64,000 bases of DNA from NCBI GenBank assembly GCA_964016885.1, contig OZ024740.1, forward strand, positions 246,016,001-246,080,000. Reading direction: 5' to 3'. Position numbers and translations under genes: made by a program. The DNA comes from Eledone cirrhosa. Taxonomy: Eukaryota. A model generated the notes under the pieces. It was not told the DNA's origin, did not search any database, and saw only the letters and a program-made list of their open reading frames with translations. Of the stretch, positions 61,448 through 64,000 are shown in pieces. Numbering within the stretch: position 1 is the stretch's first letter; each line of letters starts with the position of its first letter.

Positions 61448-64000
61448 AAACGAAGGAAATGTGGTAAGGAACCAGGTGGACCATAACGCACCAAAGTACT
61501 CAATACTTGAGGTAGTAGAGTGGGTAATAGGAACCAGTAAGACCCCGACAGCTGAGCTCAAGCCGTTTCGACGGCTAATTCTGGACTAAATGAAAATTTA
61601 TCCTGGTATTTAAATAGCCGATCTTCTCAAGGGGTAATTCCATATATGGTCAAAGTGATTGTCAAAAATCAGTAGTAATTCTGTGGTTGCAAATTAGTAG
61701 GGGAGATGGTGGCTAAACCTGCCAGTAGGAGAAAGAGGGGAGGGGGTGGAATAGACACAATCAAGCGTTTTTAGTGCCAGCTACAGCTGGGCATGAGGTC
61801 AAAGAAGATACAGGGGAGGGGGAGGAAGTCGGAACGGTAGGTAGAACAATGGGGGGTAGAAATATAGGAAAGAAAAAATACTGAGAGTGAAGAAAAGCAA
61901 ATAAGTGTAAAGAAAAAAGTAAAGTAAATTAAATTCTACGATCTAGGTCTCTAGCTATTGGTAGGCTAGAATAAATAAATAAATAAAGAAAGAAGTAAAG
62001 AAAGAAATAAAGAAATAACGAAATAAGTAAAAGAACTAGGTGGGACGGAATAGGCGAGGACCCTTTTAAGAGGTATAAGTACGTAAATGATACGGTGACG
62101 GGTCAACAAAAGGGGCCAAAATACTAAAGAGACTACCACGAAATAAACAATAAAGGTTTCCATCCCGGGCACAATTCCAGCAACCACCCAGTGCAGCAAA
62201 GTGAACTAATACGAGATAATAATTCTGAGTCCCGAGAAAAATATATACTAATGGCCCCTTTTGTTGACCCGTCACCGTATCATTTACGTACTTATACCTA
62301 AATAGCAGTGGAGAACCGACCAGGAGGTGTAACTGCCCGGATAGATCTATTTGCCCACTCGACAATAGATGCAGAGACCGTAATGTGATCTACCAGTGCA
62401 ACGTGAGGACGGATACCTCCAACAAAGCCTATATAGGACTTACCGCATGTGACTTCAAGACTCGGCTATACCAACATAGACATACCTTCCGAAACCCGGC
62501 CCGGCGTCATGCCACTACACTTTCGGGCCACATATGGGACCTCAAGGACAACAACATCACCTATGATCTCACTTGGAGATTACTGGCCAGAGCCAATTCT
62601 TACACGGGAGGACGCCGTCCGTGCAATTTATGCTCGGAGGAAACTTTACAAATGCTGTTTTCGACGGACCAACTCCTAAACAAGAAAGATGAACTGGTTA
62701 CTGCATGTAAACATAGATTGCGTAGGACTTACCTCGCCCTCAAACCCCATAATGACCCGGGGGGGTAGACTAGGGCTATAACACCCCACTTGCCGATTTT
62801 GCAATGGGTAACCCCTGCTTGCCAAGGGAGACGTAAGATCTTCTTTGTATTCTTTTATCGCTTCCTTTATTTCCTTCCTTCCCCCCTCTCTCCTTAGTCC
62901 TTCTACCCCAGCTCTTCTCCTTTGTCGGCGTCTTTTCTCGCCCACCCGAGGCTGCCCTTTGGCCCCTTGTAGCCTTAGTACCCCCACCCCCTCCCCTAGT
63001 CTAGGATAGATTTGGCGGACTCCGCCCTTTATAGCAGTTGGTTTAGACCCCGGATACTTGTCCCCTTTTTCCGACCGCTCCCACTATTCTCTGTGCCCCC
63101 TATATTTCTTAGTGGCACTTATGCCTTATTTTTTCGTTTCAGTATTTCTTTCTTCGCTTTTCTTTTGGGCGGGGTGGATTCTGAATTTATTCTTCCGTAT
63201 TCTACCTTTACTTCGTACGAACTTTCATGTAGCTTGTTTTAGATCTTTTAGAGTTAGCATTAGTATATATTTTTCTCGGGACTCAGAATTATTATCTCGT
63301 ATTAGTTCACTTTGCTGCACTGGGTGGTTGCTGGAATTGTGCCCGGGATGGAAACCTTTATTGTTTATTTCGTGGTATTCTCTTTAGTATTTTGGCCCCT
63401 TTTGTTGACCCGTCACCGTATCATTTACGTACTTATACCTCTTAAAAGGGTCCTCGCCTATTCCGTCCCACCTAGTTCTTTTACTTATTTCGTTATTTCT
63501 TTCTTTACTTCTTTCTTTCTTTATTTATTTATTTTAGACTAACAATAGCCTGAGACCTAGGTCGTAGAATTTAATTTACTTTACTTTTTTCTTTACACTC
63601 ATTTGTTTTTCTTTACACTTATTTGCTTTTCTTCACTCTCAGTATTTTTTCTTTCCTATATATTTCTACCCCCCATTGTTCTACCTACCGTTCCGACTTC
63701 CTCCCCCTCCCCCTCCTCTGTATCTTCTTTGACCTCATGCCCAGCTGTAGCTGGCACTACAAACGCTTTATTGGGGCTACTCCACCCCTCCCCTCTTTCT
63801 CCTACTGGCAGGTTTAGCCACCATCTCCCCTACTAATTTGCAACCACAGAATTACTACTGATTTTTGACAATCACTTTGACCATATATGGAATTACCCCT
63901 TGAGAAGATCGGCTATTTAAATACCAGGATAAATTTTCATTTAGTCCAGAATTAGCCATCGAAACGGCTTGAGCTCAGCTGTCGGGGTCTTACTGGTTCC
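61447..64000 (+). mobile_element. Penelope-like element 3' part with long inverted pseudo-LTR (runs off the window)
   Basis: 61447-62253 is the inverted copy of 63258 onward, with a GIY-YIG ORF in between. Confidence 0.92.
62301..62768 (+). CDS. PLE Cys-rich linker plus GIY-YIG endonuclease (5'-truncated, open)
   Basis: RCNCPDRSICPLDNRC..VIYQCNV..YIGLTACDFKTRLYQH..TTLSGHIW..CNLCSEE..LNKKDELVTACKH. Confidence 0.88.
   Translation, partial: NSSGEPTRRCNCPDRSICPLDNRCRDRNVIYQCNVRTDTSNKAYIGLTACDFKTRLYQHRHTFRNPARRHATTLSGHIWDLKDNNITYDLTWRLLARANSYTGGRRPCNLCSEETLQMLFSTDQLLNKKDELVTACKHRLRRTYLALKPHNDPGG

Noticed and set aside
61531-61590. HDV-like ribozyme (hairpin followed by GGCTAA, CCAG/CTGG as P2)
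   Set aside because: No P1, P1.1 or L3 consensus, and the P2 pairing is broken in the 56.5-kb copy.
62301-62768. Selenocysteine-recoding (Naiad-type) PLE
   Set aside because: The EN is C-terminal, the conserved Cys positions are TGT/TGC, and I saw no convincing SECIS.

Overview
This is a gene-free, repeat-saturated animal genomic window. The SINE families and long (TA)n/(CA)n arrays suggest an octopod cephalopod, which is an inference from recalled repeat motifs. I could not support any host gene. The window holds RTE, CR1 and CRE non-LTR retrotransposons, including one young 5'-truncated RTE with an uninterrupted ORF of about 736 codons. It also has at least five Penelope-like elements (PLEs) with C-terminal GIY-YIG endonuclease, several with inverted pseudo-LTRs, plus tRNA-derived SINEs, non-autonomous Helitrons, Tc1/mariner, pogo, hAT and piggyBac relics, and a solo LTR. 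The most interesting signals are non-coding. (i) About a dozen type I hammerhead ribozyme motifs of several architectures can be folded by eye, seven of them within 3.3-8.0 kb. (ii) A conserved bipartite non-hammerhead motif (CTA..GATTTTT..TATGG..ATT, then TAG..C(T/A)GA.TT-hairpin-TTGAGC-hairpin) sits near the ends of three diverged PLE-type terminal repeats and is a candidate undescribed structured RNA or cis element. (iii) 3'-tail exchange between one SINE and two RTE families is directly visible. All alignments and folds were done by eye, and boundaries of decayed elements are approximate.
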